Assembly: GCA_027330985.1 (NCBI GenBank)
Contig: DAHVZI010000002.1
Coordinates: forward strand, 75,162-139,161
Direction of reading: 5' to 3'
Source of the DNA: Candidatus Uhrbacteria bacterium
GTDB lineage: Bacteria > Patescibacteriota > Patescibacteriia > 2-12-FULL-60-25
DNA: 64,000 nt
The notes beneath the pieces are model-generated. The model searched no databases. It was not told the origin of the DNA and saw only the letters and a list, made by a program, of their open reading frames with translations. The position numbers and the translations under genes were made by a program. Below, piece by piece: positions 1 through 9,246 of the stretch; the first letter of the stretch is position 1; the number at the start of each line of letters is the position of its first letter.

Positions 1-776
1 CGAACCGTCGACGTCCACTTCAGCTACCCAGACGCGTAGAGGGGCCAGAAGCTCGAGGCTTATGGCTTCTTGCAGCGATAGTTCGTGCACTAGAGCGGGA
101 AAGAACCGGCCCAACGCCTTGTGTGCGTCGTAATTCGGTGTCGCAGTCAAAGCGAGGCGTAGGCTTTGCGGGTCAAAGGCTGAGCGCAAATAGTCGAGCC
201 GGCAATCCGTCAAAGCATGGTGCGCTTCATCTGCGATGACTAGCGCTGAACTTCGGATGGCTTGGGGTATGACGCCCGATTTCCAGCGTCGGTTCATCAT
301 CTCGTAGGTCGTGATGTTCACTCCGTACGGTACGATCTCTTCACGTTCACCGGTGAAGCGCCCGATCAGGACGTCGGGCAACTGTTCGCGAAGACTGCGA
401 TAGGCCTGTTCAACAAGCGTCAGCGTGTTGGTGATGAACGTAGTGGTCAGGCCAGTTCGTGCGATGAGTTGGCCGGCAATCACCGTCTTGCCGGTTCGGG
501 GCGGTAAGATGATGCGCCCGTATGGAGTCGCACCATCTTCGTTAACCAAGGAATTGCGTACGAAATCCGATACATCTTCGAAGACGCATGCTTGGATTGG
601 TCGGAGCTCGCGTGTCGAATGAGGAACATCTTGGGATACAGAATCGTCCAAGCGCATCACCGCACTGACGAGCCGGCTAGGCATCGGACTATCTATGATG
701 TCCGGCAGAAGCCTGGCATCTCCGATACTTGCATTCTTAGTCTGCATATCGAGAGCGACAGGTAAGTTGCTCATGT
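1..776 (-). CDS. Superfamily-2 DNA/RNA helicase, N-terminal part (type III restriction Res-like / DEAH-box); gene continues beyond window start
   Basis: Minus-strand ATG at 774-776, then an ORF that stays open to position 1. It is not in the ORF track because it has no stop in the window. My translation contains Walker A (PPRTGKT), motif II (DEAHH) and motif III (LTATP). Confidence 0.6.
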
Positions 777-900
777 CCTAAACCCCTTGTTTGGAGGAAA
801 AGAGCCGTCGCACCATCAGGGCCGATGCAACGGGCTATTTAATACAAAATTATAGGTTCTGTCAACCTTAGGGTGTAGGTTGCGCCGGCAAGAAAAGGCT

Positions 901-1566
901 TTATTGTAACGGTACTATTTTTTTCCAGACCAGCTCGTGTATCTCGTCGATCGGTAAAAGTTTTCCGTCGGTTGTGCATTCGATGGTCTGCCAGTTCTCG
1001 ACTTTGTCGATTTCGGGTAATCGGAGATAGGCGCGTTCGGCGGCACGGAGATGCTCGATGTCTTTTTGATGGATGTCGGTCTTTTCTCCGTCGCGTGAGC
1101 GGGAAAGCTCGAAGCCGATATCGGCCGGCACGTGGAGCAACAGCGTCAGATCCGGTTTGGGTATATTCAGCCAACCGTATTCGACCTCGTTAAGCCAAGC
1201 GACGAAGGTGGCTTGTTCGTCAGGATCCGTGATCTTTCCGGTCTGGTGGCCTTTGTTAGCCGAGACGTAGCGGTTGGAGATGATGAAAGCACCTCGCTCC
1301 AAAGCCGCACGCAAATCCGCGGAGGCATCGAAACGATCCAGAGCGAAGAAGAGGGATGCGGCTTTCGGCCCGACGTCATTCACGCCGCCGTAATCGCCGC
1401 GCAGATAGCGCTCCACGAAATAGGCGGAAGGTTTGGTGTACCGGGGAAAGTCGAGGAGTTGGGTTTCGCGGCCCAGGCTGCGCAGGCGCTCAATTAGGCG
1501 ATTGGCTTGGACGGTCTTACCGGAACCATCGGTCCCGTCGATGACGATGAATTTTCCGTTTGGCAT
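901..1566 (-). CDS. tmk: Thymidylate kinase
   Basis: 221 aa with a P-loop (IVIDGTDGSGKTV) and the conserved DFPRY...RYL motif diagnostic of dTMP kinase. Confidence 0.9.
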   Translation of the reverse strand: MPNGKFIVIDGTDGSGKTVQANRLIERLRSLGRETQLLDFPRYTKPSAYFVERYLRGDYGGVNDVGPKAASLFFALDRFDASADLRAALERGAFIISNRYVSANKGHQTGKITDPDEQATFVAWLNEVEYGWLNIPKPDLTLLLHVPADIGFELSRSRDGEKTDIHQKDIEHLRAAERAYLRLPEIDKVENWQTIECTTDGKLLPIDEIHELVWKKIVPLQ

Positions 1567-1640
1567 AATGCCATGCTACCAGACAAAAAAGAAAAACGCG
1601 ATCCGTGGTCAGGCGGATCGCGCTGTTCGTCGGTAGGGGG

Positions 1641-3203
1641 TCAAAAACCCTTAGGTTTCGCCCCGAGTGTGGAGGTCGTGGCGGCGGACATGTCTACGCG
1701 GATGTGTTTGGCGATGAGAGTGTGGGTCTCGTTCACCGTGCGCCAGACTTCTTGGGCGATGCGACGATATGACGGGTGTCCCTTGGAACCGGAGCGCAAC
1801 TCGATGAAATGGAACAGTTCGCGCACGTTCCAGCTTACGATGAGGCGTCGGCGGAACGCCATGGGGACGGCGTATTCGGCTTCGACCTCGAGACCTGCTG
1901 CGACCAGCTGCTTGTGCAGCTCCTTGACGCGCGTCATGAGCGCATGGAAATCGTCAGCCAAGCCGATGTCCGTGATCTCTTGCGGCACGTCATAACCCAA
2001 TTCCACGCCGAGCGTCTGGTTCAGGGGCGAGCAGATGCGGTGGCGCTGGATGTCGCGCCAGGCCCCGTAGTCGATGACGATCTCGTGGGTGAAGGTGGAG
2101 TCTTCGAAGGGGCGCGGAGCCGGATCGTGCGGGCCGCGATCGCGCAAAGCCGTGCTGATAACGCGGTCGATGATATCGAGCGAACCCTCGCCTTTGAGCG
2201 TTGAGAGGATCTCCGCGTATGGTCTGTCGCTGTAGCCGGCCAAGAGCGCAGCGGCGATGTGCAGCTCGGCGAACGGATCGTCAGCCAGCAGAACGACAGG
2301 ATTCAGGTTATCCGCTACAGGTCCGGAGACCGGTACGTCCTGCAGGAGGTCGTTGGCCAGCTCGTGCAGCGTGTCAGGCAGCGAGGAGCGATATTCGTTC
2401 CGTCCCGCATACTTGAGCAGCGTGTGGATCGGCTTGGTCAGGATCGCGACTTCCGGATCGGCGTCCGGACCGCCGTGCAAAGCCTCGATGAGTTCGCGAC
2501 CGACTTCGTGCGCTTCATCATGCGGACTCGACATGAGTTTTGTGATGATGGTCGCCCAGTTACGCGCATTAGCCGTCACGCCGAAGGAGGCCATGGCGGC
2601 CGAGGGCAAAAGATATCGTGCCACGTCGCAGGAACGTCCCTTGATCTGCGCGGCGTAGGCCCGGTCGGAAATGCCGGTCTCGTTGGGGAATTTTTCCCGC
2701 ATGTATCCGTCCAAGCGACGCAGGGCTTCTTCGTACAGCGAATACAGGCCCTCGACCGTGCCGGTATAAGCGTGTCGTAGATGGCTAGCGGCGATCTTGG
2801 CTGGCGTGACGCAACGCACGGCGGAGAAGATCTGGTAGCGCGAACTCTTTTCGGTGAAAGAGCAGAGCCGGCAGTCCTCGATGATCTTGATGACGACCTG
2901 CGAGACGTTCTCGAGCGCGACGCTCGGCACGGCGTGTTCGGCGACCGAACCGTGGCCATAACCCACGACCCATTTCTCATGGAACTCGCTCGCTTTGGCT
3001 TCCGTCGCCTCGTAGACGTTCTGGTCAAAAGGCGTGTCGGTGCGCGAACATTTCGCCAAGGCTACGGCGATGACCTCTGGCGAGGGCGTCAAGAGGACGG
3101 TCGTACCGTCGTCGAGCTGGCGCTCCATACGGTTCAACCAATAGACCCGACGCTTGTTGGGATCCGCGGGCGGGACGAGTTTGGGTTTTGTGGTTTCTGG
3201 CAT
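1641..3203 (-). CDS. thyX: FAD-dependent thymidylate synthase ThyX, long tandem-domain form
   Basis: 520 aa. The first half has the ThyX HGSVAEHA motif, but the RHR position is degenerate (DCRLCS...SSRY). The second half carries RHRICS plus the conserved C-terminal AVP...R..FHFIELR block. Sits in an operon with tmk and dut. Confidence 0.6.
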   Translation of the reverse strand: MPETTKPKLVPPADPNKRRVYWLNRMERQLDDGTTVLLTPSPEVIAVALAKCSRTDTPFDQNVYEATEAKASEFHEKWVVGYGHGSVAEHAVPSVALENVSQVVIKIIEDCRLCSFTEKSSRYQIFSAVRCVTPAKIAASHLRHAYTGTVEGLYSLYEEALRRLDGYMREKFPNETGISDRAYAAQIKGRSCDVARYLLPSAAMASFGVTANARNWATIITKLMSSPHDEAHEVGRELIEALHGGPDADPEVAILTKPIHTLLKYAGRNEYRSSLPDTLHELANDLLQDVPVSGPVADNLNPVVLLADDPFAELHIAAALLAGYSDRPYAEILSTLKGEGSLDIIDRVISTALRDRGPHDPAPRPFEDSTFTHEIVIDYGAWRDIQRHRICSPLNQTLGVELGYDVPQEITDIGLADDFHALMTRVKELHKQLVAAGLEVEAEYAVPMAFRRRLIVSWNVRELFHFIELRSGSKGHPSYRRIAQEVWRTVNETHTLIAKHIRVDMSAATTSTLGAKPKGF

Positions 3204-3451
3204 AATTCGTTCTCCGTAAATAAAGACTCTCGTTTTTACACGAAAGCCTTCTGAATGAACGGCTTAACCTTAGCCAGCGGGAGAAGCAGGGTCAAACAAC
3301 GGTGTCAAGAGAAAGAGGGGTGCATCCGTCAGATGGTAATTTGTCAGCTGCGGGGCTCGTCTCATATACCTCGAACACATCCTCGCTCGACAAATCACCC
3401 TCTGACGGATGCTGGAGGAAGGGAAAAAGCGGATGGGTCAGAAAGTTTACC

Positions 3452-3889
3452 CTAGTCTCTGTAGCCGCCTGTGGAGCCTATGCCGCCGCGGTCAGGAGCG
3501 TCGGCTGGACCTTCTTCGAGTTCGGCGCGGATATAGGGCATGATGATGGCATTGACCAGGCGTTCGCCTTTTTCGATCGTGATAGGCGTGTCTCCCGGGT
3601 TGCGCACGATTATCTTTATTTCGTCGTTAGGTCCGCGATAGTCGCTGTCGATGGTGCCGATGCCATTGGCCAAGACAAGGCCTTTCTTCAGATAAAGACT
3701 TGAACGGGAGGTCAAAAACAATACATAGCCATCAGGCATACCGAAACCTAGGCCGGTCGGTACAGGAAGAGCTTGTTTGGGTTGTACGACTACTTGTTCG
3801 GCTGCCGCGAGATCAAAACCTGCCGACCCGGCTGTCTTGTATTCGGGTAAGGCTACATCTTCGCGCAGTCGGGTGATCCTGACTTTCAT
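3452..3889 (-). CDS. dut: dUTP diphosphatase
   Basis: 145 aa with dUTPase motifs (AGFDL, RSSL, GTIDSDYRG, GERLVNAII). Overlaps the upstream kinase gene by 4 nt. Confidence 0.9.
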   Translation of the reverse strand: MKVRITRLREDVALPEYKTAGSAGFDLAAAEQVVVQPKQALPVPTGLGFGMPDGYVLFLTSRSSLYLKKGLVLANGIGTIDSDYRGPNDEIKIIVRNPGDTPITIEKGERLVNAIIMPYIRAELEEGPADAPDRGGIGSTGGYRD

Positions 3890-4452
3890 ACTTTTGGTCT
3901 TGCACCGAGCTCGGCCATCATCGCGTCGAGCTGTTTGAGTAAGGCGTCCAAATCCCCGGAGTTGTCCATTCTATATACTGCGCGTTCCATGACAGGCGGA
4001 ATGGTCACTTCGGTCGGAGCTTGTTCTTCGGCCTGGAATTGTTCCCAGGTCATGTCTTTTTCGCCAGCACGTTCGCCGCGGTTCATCAGGCGTCGATAAC
4101 GGATTTCGGGGGGTGCATCGATGGCGACGAGCTTGAATTGCGATAGCGGTTCGAGTCCGGAAAGGTCGTTTATCCGGCGAACGCCGTCGATGACCACGAT
4201 ATCGGCGGCGTCGCTCAAAGCGTCGCTTTCGACTACATGAGCCAGGATATCCTCACCGAAACCGTGGCGCAGTGTCTCGGAAAGCGTAATCAGGTTTTCC
4301 CGGCTGATGGGCAGGGAGAGCCGTTTCAGGATATCGCTAAGGACGGTACTGAAGCGGAACATCGATGCCCCATATTTTTCCTTGATGTACTTCGTGGCGG
4401 TACCTTTGCCTGCTCCCGGCATGCCGACGAAGCCTAAAATTATTTTTGCCAT
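3886..4452 (-). CDS. P-loop nucleoside-monophosphate kinase family protein (adenylate/cytidylate-kinase-like, possible dNMP kinase)
   Basis: 188 aa with Walker A (GMPGAGKGT). First gene of the thyX/dut/tmk operon. Substrate unknown. Confidence 0.45.
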   Translation of the reverse strand: MAKIILGFVGMPGAGKGTATKYIKEKYGASMFRFSTVLSDILKRLSLPISRENLITLSETLRHGFGEDILAHVVESDALSDAADIVVIDGVRRINDLSGLEPLSQFKLVAIDAPPEIRYRRLMNRGERAGEKDMTWEQFQAEEQAPTEVTIPPVMERAVYRMDNSGDLDALLKQLDAMMAELGARPKV

Positions 4453-4632
4453 AACGGAAGGAACGTTAGCGGTTGCGTGTCGCTAGGGCAAGAGGGCGAG
4501 GAAATATTCGGCATGAAGCATCTGGCGATTGAGGGGAGTGACTTGATGATATGCATCCTGCTCGGACGGACGGCTGGTTTATCGGCAATACAAAAGAACG
4601 GGGTCAGCCGTTCTTTCGTGGGAAAATTTTGA

Positions 4633-5322
4633 TTATATGGCGGAGGTATCGAGTTTGATGCCAGGGCCCATGGTCGTGGTCAGTACGACATTCCGGAGGT
4701 ACATGCCTTTGGCGCTGGCCGGTTTGTTCTTCTTGACCGTGGCGAGGATCATCTCGAGGTTCTCGAGCAAGGCCTTGGAATCTCCGGAGACTTTGCCGAC
4801 CGCCTGGTGAAGGTTGCCGGTGGAGTCGTTCTTCAAGGTGACTTTACCGCGTTTCAGCTCTTCGACCATCTTTTTGACGTTGGTGCCGACGGTTTCCGTC
4901 TTGGGATTAGGCATGATGCCTTTCGGGCCGAGGATTTTCGCGACCTTGGCCAACTTAGGCATCATATCAGGCGTGGCGACCGCTACGTCGAAATCGATCT
5001 TGCCGGTCTTGGCGATTTCGTTGATCAGGTCATCTGCGCCGACGATTTCGGCGCCCGCATCCTTGGCGTCCTTTTCCTTATCGGCAGGTACGAAAGCGGC
5101 GACGCGTTTGCTCTTGCCCATGTTGTGAGGCAGGACGATGGTGGCGCGCAATTGCTGGTCGCTTTTCTTGACGTCGATACCCAAACGGATATGGACTTCG
5201 ATAGCTGAATCAAATTTGGTGGTGGAGGTCTTCTTGGCGAGCTCTATGGCTTCTGCCGGTGAATAGACCTTCTTGGGGTCGATGAGCTTCTTGAGCTCGG
5301 TGTAGCGTTTGCTTCGGGGCAT
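4633..5322 (-). CDS. rplA: 50S ribosomal protein L1
   Basis: The ORF track gives 4633..5373. Homology to L1 starts at the internal MPRSKRY, so the start was moved to about 5322. Conserved L1 blocks are present (GIDVKKSDQQLR, VLPH, PNPKTETV). Confidence 0.85.
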   Translation of the reverse strand: MPRSKRYTELKKLIDPKKVYSPAEAIELAKKTSTTKFDSAIEVHIRLGIDVKKSDQQLRATIVLPHNMGKSKRVAAFVPADKEKDAKDAGAEIVGADDLINEIAKTGKIDFDVAVATPDMMPKLAKVAKILGPKGIMPNPKTETVGTNVKKMVEELKRGKVTLKNDSTGNLHQAVGKVSGDSKALLENLEMILATVKKNKPASAKGMYLRNVVLTTTMGPGIKLDTSAI

Positions 5323-5534
5323 AAATGTTAGTGGTTCGGTCGACCCCGTCGCTAAAGCTATGGGGTCTCCCACGTTATTTTTTTAATGCCGCTACTCTAT
5401 ACGAAATCCGCCCCGGAGTCAAGGCCTCAGCCTCTCACGAGAGGCGGGGTATAGACACGGGGCGGGAGGGGACAGTGTGCGCTGGGGTGTGATTCTACTT
5501 GCCGCACATGTAGGCGAGTGTGCTTGCGGAGTGG

Positions 5535-6311
5535 TCACTCATGCGCATCCGTGAGCGCCTCTGCGATCTCCTCTACAATGCGTTCGGTGGCAGCGATCGG
5601 ATCGGGATCGTCGGTGATCGGACGGCCGATGACCATCTTGTCGGCGCCGAGCCGGATGGCTTCGCTTGGCGTCAAGATGCGTTTCTGGTCGCCCTGGGAG
5701 CTTCCCTTGGGCCTCACGCCAGGGGTTATCTTGACAAGCTTCGCGAGTTCGGGGCGTTTGCCGATGATCTCGAGTTCCTGAGGCGAGCAGACGATGCCGG
5801 CGCAGCCAGCCAGCACGGCGTTGCGCGCGAACTGAAGCACCTTGGCTTTGCTGGGCGCGTTGAAGGTCAGGTTGGCCTGCTCTTCGCTCAGGCTGGTCAG
5901 GACTGTCACGGCCAGAATGCCGCAGTCGGTATCCTTGCATGCCTTGACCGCCGCCATCATGCCGTCGATCTCGGCCGAGGCGTGGACAGTCAGATACTTG
6001 CTCTTCATGCGCGCCAGGTTGAGAGCTGCTCTGCCCATGGTGTTGGAGGTGTCATGCAGCTTCCAGTCGTCCATGATCTTGCCGTTCAGCATCATGAACA
6101 GCGCTTTGTAAGCGCCGTGCAAGCCTGCCAGCTCGGCGCCATCCGTGAGGATGAAGTCCATGGCGATCGACGTCCAGAACTCGAGGCCGAGCTTGACCAT
6201 GTCCACATGATCGATCAAGGGTTGGACCAGATCGAGCGCCTTGCCTGGGTCACTGACGTCGACAGCGAGGATGATACGGCTTCGTGCAGTCTTCTTGATA
6301 TCGGTCAGCAT
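5535..6311 (-). CDS. pyrF: Orotidine 5'-phosphate decarboxylase
   Basis: 258 aa. IILAVDV...VDMVKLG at the N-terminus and a TIM-barrel OMP decarboxylase layout. Confidence 0.75.
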   Translation of the reverse strand: MLTDIKKTARSRIILAVDVSDPGKALDLVQPLIDHVDMVKLGLEFWTSIAMDFILTDGAELAGLHGAYKALFMMLNGKIMDDWKLHDTSNTMGRAALNLARMKSKYLTVHASAEIDGMMAAVKACKDTDCGILAVTVLTSLSEEQANLTFNAPSKAKVLQFARNAVLAGCAGIVCSPQELEIIGKRPELAKLVKITPGVRPKGSSQGDQKRILTPSEAIRLGADKMVIGRPITDDPDPIAATERIVEEIAEALTDAHE

Positions 6312-6429
6312 GACGTGCGTTCTCCTTGCGAAATGGAAGGACCTGGCCGGACTTTACAGGATGGATTTAAAAAAACAAGAGTGTTGTCACTTTCAAGACT
6401 GAAAGTAAGCAAATGTCCTGTGGCCACGC

Positions 6430-6759
6430 TTAGCGCGAACCCCCAGACCCCTTGTGCCATTTTAAGCCGGGCTTTTCAGAATTCAATAGAAAGATTTTCT
6501 TCTCGGTTCCGCGGTTGTAGCCGCCGGTCGTTCCGTCGGAACGGACAACGCGGTGACAGGGGATAGCCGGGTCGAAATTCTTATGCAAAATGTTGCCGAC
6601 GGCACGATAAGCGTTCGGTCGTCCGGCGAGTGTGGCGACTTGTCTGTAAGTCAGTGTTTTTCCGCGAGGTATTTTCGCGACAACCGAAAAGACAAGGCGC
6701 GTGAAATCAGTCGGTCTAATCGACTTTGATCTCGGCATAGGTCCCGCCCTTCTCGTCAT
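6430..6759 (-). CDS. ogt: Methylated-DNA--protein-cysteine methyltransferase, DNA-binding domain
   Basis: 109 aa with the active-site PCHRV motif and an RAVGNI helix. Confidence 0.8.
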   Translation of the reverse strand: MTRRAGPMPRSKSIRPTDFTRLVFSVVAKIPRGKTLTYRQVATLAGRPNAYRAVGNILHKNFDPAIPCHRVVRSDGTTGGYNRGTEKKIFLLNSEKPGLKWHKGSGGSR

Positions 6760-7378
6760 CGACCGTCAGCAGGGTGATGGTGTGGTTTTTTGCGTTTTGG
6801 CTCGCGTTGGTCTTGAGGCGGAGCTTGAGAATGACGGGCAAGGTGTCATCAGTTACCTGTCCACTTACGGTCAGATCAACACCGCGTTCGCCTTCCCAGA
6901 TACAGACGGCGTTTTCGGGGCATCGGGAGTCGGTGAAGTCGTCGGCGGTGAGTTTGATGGCGGCGTAGGGGTTGGGATTGCTTTTGTCGCCGAACCAGAC
7001 TGATTCGCCTTTGAAGATCCTAACCGTCGATCCGAAGGCAGCTGTCTTCGTGTTTTCATCGACTGTAGCGGCACTTGCGGCGGTTTCAGTGGTCGTGGTC
7101 GGTTTTTCTGGCTCACCTGATTCGATATTACCGCTTATGGTCGAGGCTTGGGTGTCGATTTGAGGGACGTTGGTCAGGTCGGTCCCTTGGAGGTAGCTCG
7201 AGTTCTTTGCTTGGCGGTCGGAATAGAGTAATGCACCGACAATCAAGGCGCTTATAAACAGAATCACCAAGAACCAGGGGCAAATAAAGAACTTGCGTTT
7301 TGGTTCCATGGTAGGCGGCAAGGTTTCGGCCGGGGTAACCGGCTTTTGCTCGATCGGAGTCGGAGTAGGTGTATCCAT
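6716..7378 (-). CDS. Hypothetical membrane-anchored protein (N-terminal TM helix, Thr/Pro-rich linker)
   Basis: 220-aa ORF with hydrophobic segment FICPWFLVILFISALIVGALL. Its 3' end overlaps the ogt start by about 44 nt. No recognisable domain. Confidence 0.45.
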   Translation of the reverse strand: MDTPTPTPIEQKPVTPAETLPPTMEPKRKFFICPWFLVILFISALIVGALLYSDRQAKNSSYLQGTDLTNVPQIDTQASTISGNIESGEPEKPTTTTETAASAATVDENTKTAAFGSTVRIFKGESVWFGDKSNPNPYAAIKLTADDFTDSRCPENAVCIWEGERGVDLTVSGQVTDDTLPVILKLRLKTNASQNAKNHTITLLTVDDEKGGTYAEIKVD

Positions 7379-7508
7379 ATGTACCTAGTTTAGTATGCGG
7401 AGGGCTTGGCGCACAAGCCACGGCGTTCGCGAACGCCGTGGCAAGCCGCTTATCTTGATTCAGGCGTAAAACAAAACACCCGTCCTTGTCGGAGCGGGTG
7501 TCTGTATC

Positions 7509-7934
7509 TTATTCGACGACGTTCAGGCCCATGTTCTTGGCTGTCCCTTCCACCTGGCGCATTGCTGCTTCCACGGTGTGGCAGTTGAGGTCGGGCATTT
7601 TCTTCTCGGCGATTTCACGGACCTGTTTCTTGTTGACGCTGCCGATCTTCTCCTGCAACGGCTTGGCCGAACCTTTCTGGATGCCGGCAGCCTTCTTGAG
7701 CATCTCGGCGACCGGTGCGGTCTTGAGGATGAAATCGTAGGTACGATCTTCGTAGACGGTCAGGACGCAAGGCACGACTTCGCCGCGGCGATCAGACGTG
7801 GCATCGTTGAACTTCTTACAGAATTCAGCAATGTTCAAGCCGTGAGGGCCAAGGGCAGTACCGACCGGAGGGGCCGGAGTGGCTGCGCCGCCGTTGATTT
7901 GGAGTTTGATGAGTGTCTTTACTTTTTTTGCCAT
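7509..7934 (-). CDS. rplK: 50S ribosomal protein L11
   Basis: L11 homology begins at the internal [13 protein letters not shown]. The track ORF is extended upstream to 7991. PPVGPALG-like motif present ([13 protein letters not shown]). Confidence 0.9.
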   Translation of the reverse strand: MAKKVKTLIKLQINGGAATPAPPVGTALGPHGLNIAEFCKKFNDATSDRRGEVVPCVLTVYEDRTYDFILKTAPVAEMLKKAAGIQKGSAKPLQEKIGSVNKKQVREIAEKKMPDLNCHTVEAAMRQVEGTAKNMGLNVVE

Positions 7935-8140
7935 ATGATTTCGGCTGATAAAATCGCGATTCACTAGGTCTTCACTGCGCTGCTCATTCACCGTAGGTTC
8001 TACTACGCTTCACTCGCAGCTCGCTCCAGACCGTCGCGACTCATCGATTTTCTTCTGCCTCAAAGGTAGTTGTTCGTTAGGGTGTACCGGGCAGGCGAGA
8101 AGCGCACCGTCCCGGAGGCCCCGACGAGAATCGTCGGTTT

Positions 8141-8689
8141 TTATACCTTTTTGACCTGCGTAAAGTCAAGTTCCAGAGGGGTTTCGCGGCCGAACATGGA
8201 AACAAGGACTTTGACCTTACCGCGCGAACCGTCGATTTCGTTGATTTTACCTTCGAATCCTTTGAATGGGCCGTCGCCGATCTTGACCGGCATGCCGATC
8301 TGCAGATCGATGGAGAAAGCAGTTTCCTCATCGGTGGTCATGCGCTTGAGGATGTCTTGGATCTTGGCGTCATCGATAGGCGAAGGCGTGGTGCCGGTGC
8401 CGATGAAGCCCGTGACGTTGGGCGTATTGCGCACGACGTACCACGATTCATCGTTCACTTCCATCTCCACGAGGACGTAGCCGGGGTATATCTTCTCTTC
8501 CACCAGTTTGCGTTTGCCGTTCTTGATCTTGATCTTCTTCTCGGTCGGGACCAGCACGTTGAAGATGCTGTTCTGCATGCCGAGGGTCTCGATGCGGCGT
8601 TTCAGGTTGTCGGCGACGTTCTCTTCGTAGCCGGAGTAGGTATGGATGGCATACCAGCGCTTGCCGAGGTTAAGGGTTTGTTTAGGCAT
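8141..8689 (-). CDS. nusG: Transcription termination/antitermination factor NusG
   Basis: 182 aa. NGN domain (WYAIHTYSGYE) and C-terminal KOW domain (GMPVKIGDGPFKGFEG). Confidence 0.9.
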   Translation of the reverse strand: MPKQTLNLGKRWYAIHTYSGYEENVADNLKRRIETLGMQNSIFNVLVPTEKKIKIKNGKRKLVEEKIYPGYVLVEMEVNDESWYVVRNTPNVTGFIGTGTTPSPIDDAKIQDILKRMTTDEETAFSIDLQIGMPVKIGDGPFKGFEGKINEIDGSRGKVKVLVSMFGRETPLELDFTQVKKV

Positions 8690-8712
8690 ATCGAAATAAG
8701 GATCAAGAGAAT

Positions 8713-9072
8713 TTATTGGTTAGCGTTCGGCGTCTCGAGCGGTTTTGCGTTGTTCAGGTCGATCGTACCGGAATCAGACGGGGTAGGCGTGGTTGGGGCT
8801 GTCTCTACCTGGACATCGGACGGTGTCGAAGGGAGCGCTTTGACGGCGCCTAAATTGACGTCTGTCGTGGGGACGGTCATCTTGTAGATCGTCGATTCGA
8901 AAAGCATGTTCAAACCGTAGTCGGTCAAGGCGAAAAACAGACCGACGGCGACGCCGATGCCAATGACCAAAGAAGAATAGCGTATGGTGTCGCGTTTAGA
9001 GGGCCAAGAGACTTTTTTGACCTCGGCGCGGACAGCATGGAGATATTCGACTGTTTGCTTGATGGGATTCAT
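8713..9072 (-). CDS. secE: Preprotein translocase subunit SecE with Thr/Pro-rich C-terminal extension
   Basis: Conserved SecE amphipathic-plus-TM segment (VRAEVKKVSWPSKRDTIRYSSLVIGIGVAV). Canonical position upstream of nusG. Confidence 0.7.
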   Translation of the reverse strand: MNPIKQTVEYLHAVRAEVKKVSWPSKRDTIRYSSLVIGIGVAVGLFFALTDYGLNMLFESTIYKMTVPTTDVNLGAVKALPSTPSDVQVETAPTTPTPSDSGTIDLNNAKPLETPNANQ

Positions 9073-9246
9073 ATGATTCAGACCAGGTCCCGAGTCTTCG
9101 CTCGGGACGACGGATGTTATGTTTTTGAGTGTGGGTTTGTCGTTTTAAAAAGCCCCTTCCCCAGGGCTAATGGCCAGAATATAGCAGCTTTATGTGGATT
9201 TGGCAAGTTTTGATGCAGAAGCGCGTCTAGGCTATTATGTGGCTAT

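Noticed and set aside
262-622. Plus-strand ORFs 262..507 and 425..622
   Set aside because: They lie antisense within the minus-strand helicase gene that runs off the window start. Their translations have no protein-like character.
5520-6566. 348-aa plus-strand ORF
   Set aside because: Antisense to pyrF, and the pyrF translation is the convincing one. This is a typical long spurious ORF in GC-rich antisense sequence.
9073-9246. Expected rpmG (L33) and tRNA genes upstream of secE
   Set aside because: Reading both strands gave no L33-like frame and no tRNA cloverleaf. Only a perfect 8-bp hairpin (GTCCCGAG-tcttcg-CTCGGGAC) sits 14 nt upstream of the secE start. It is noted here but not called as a feature.
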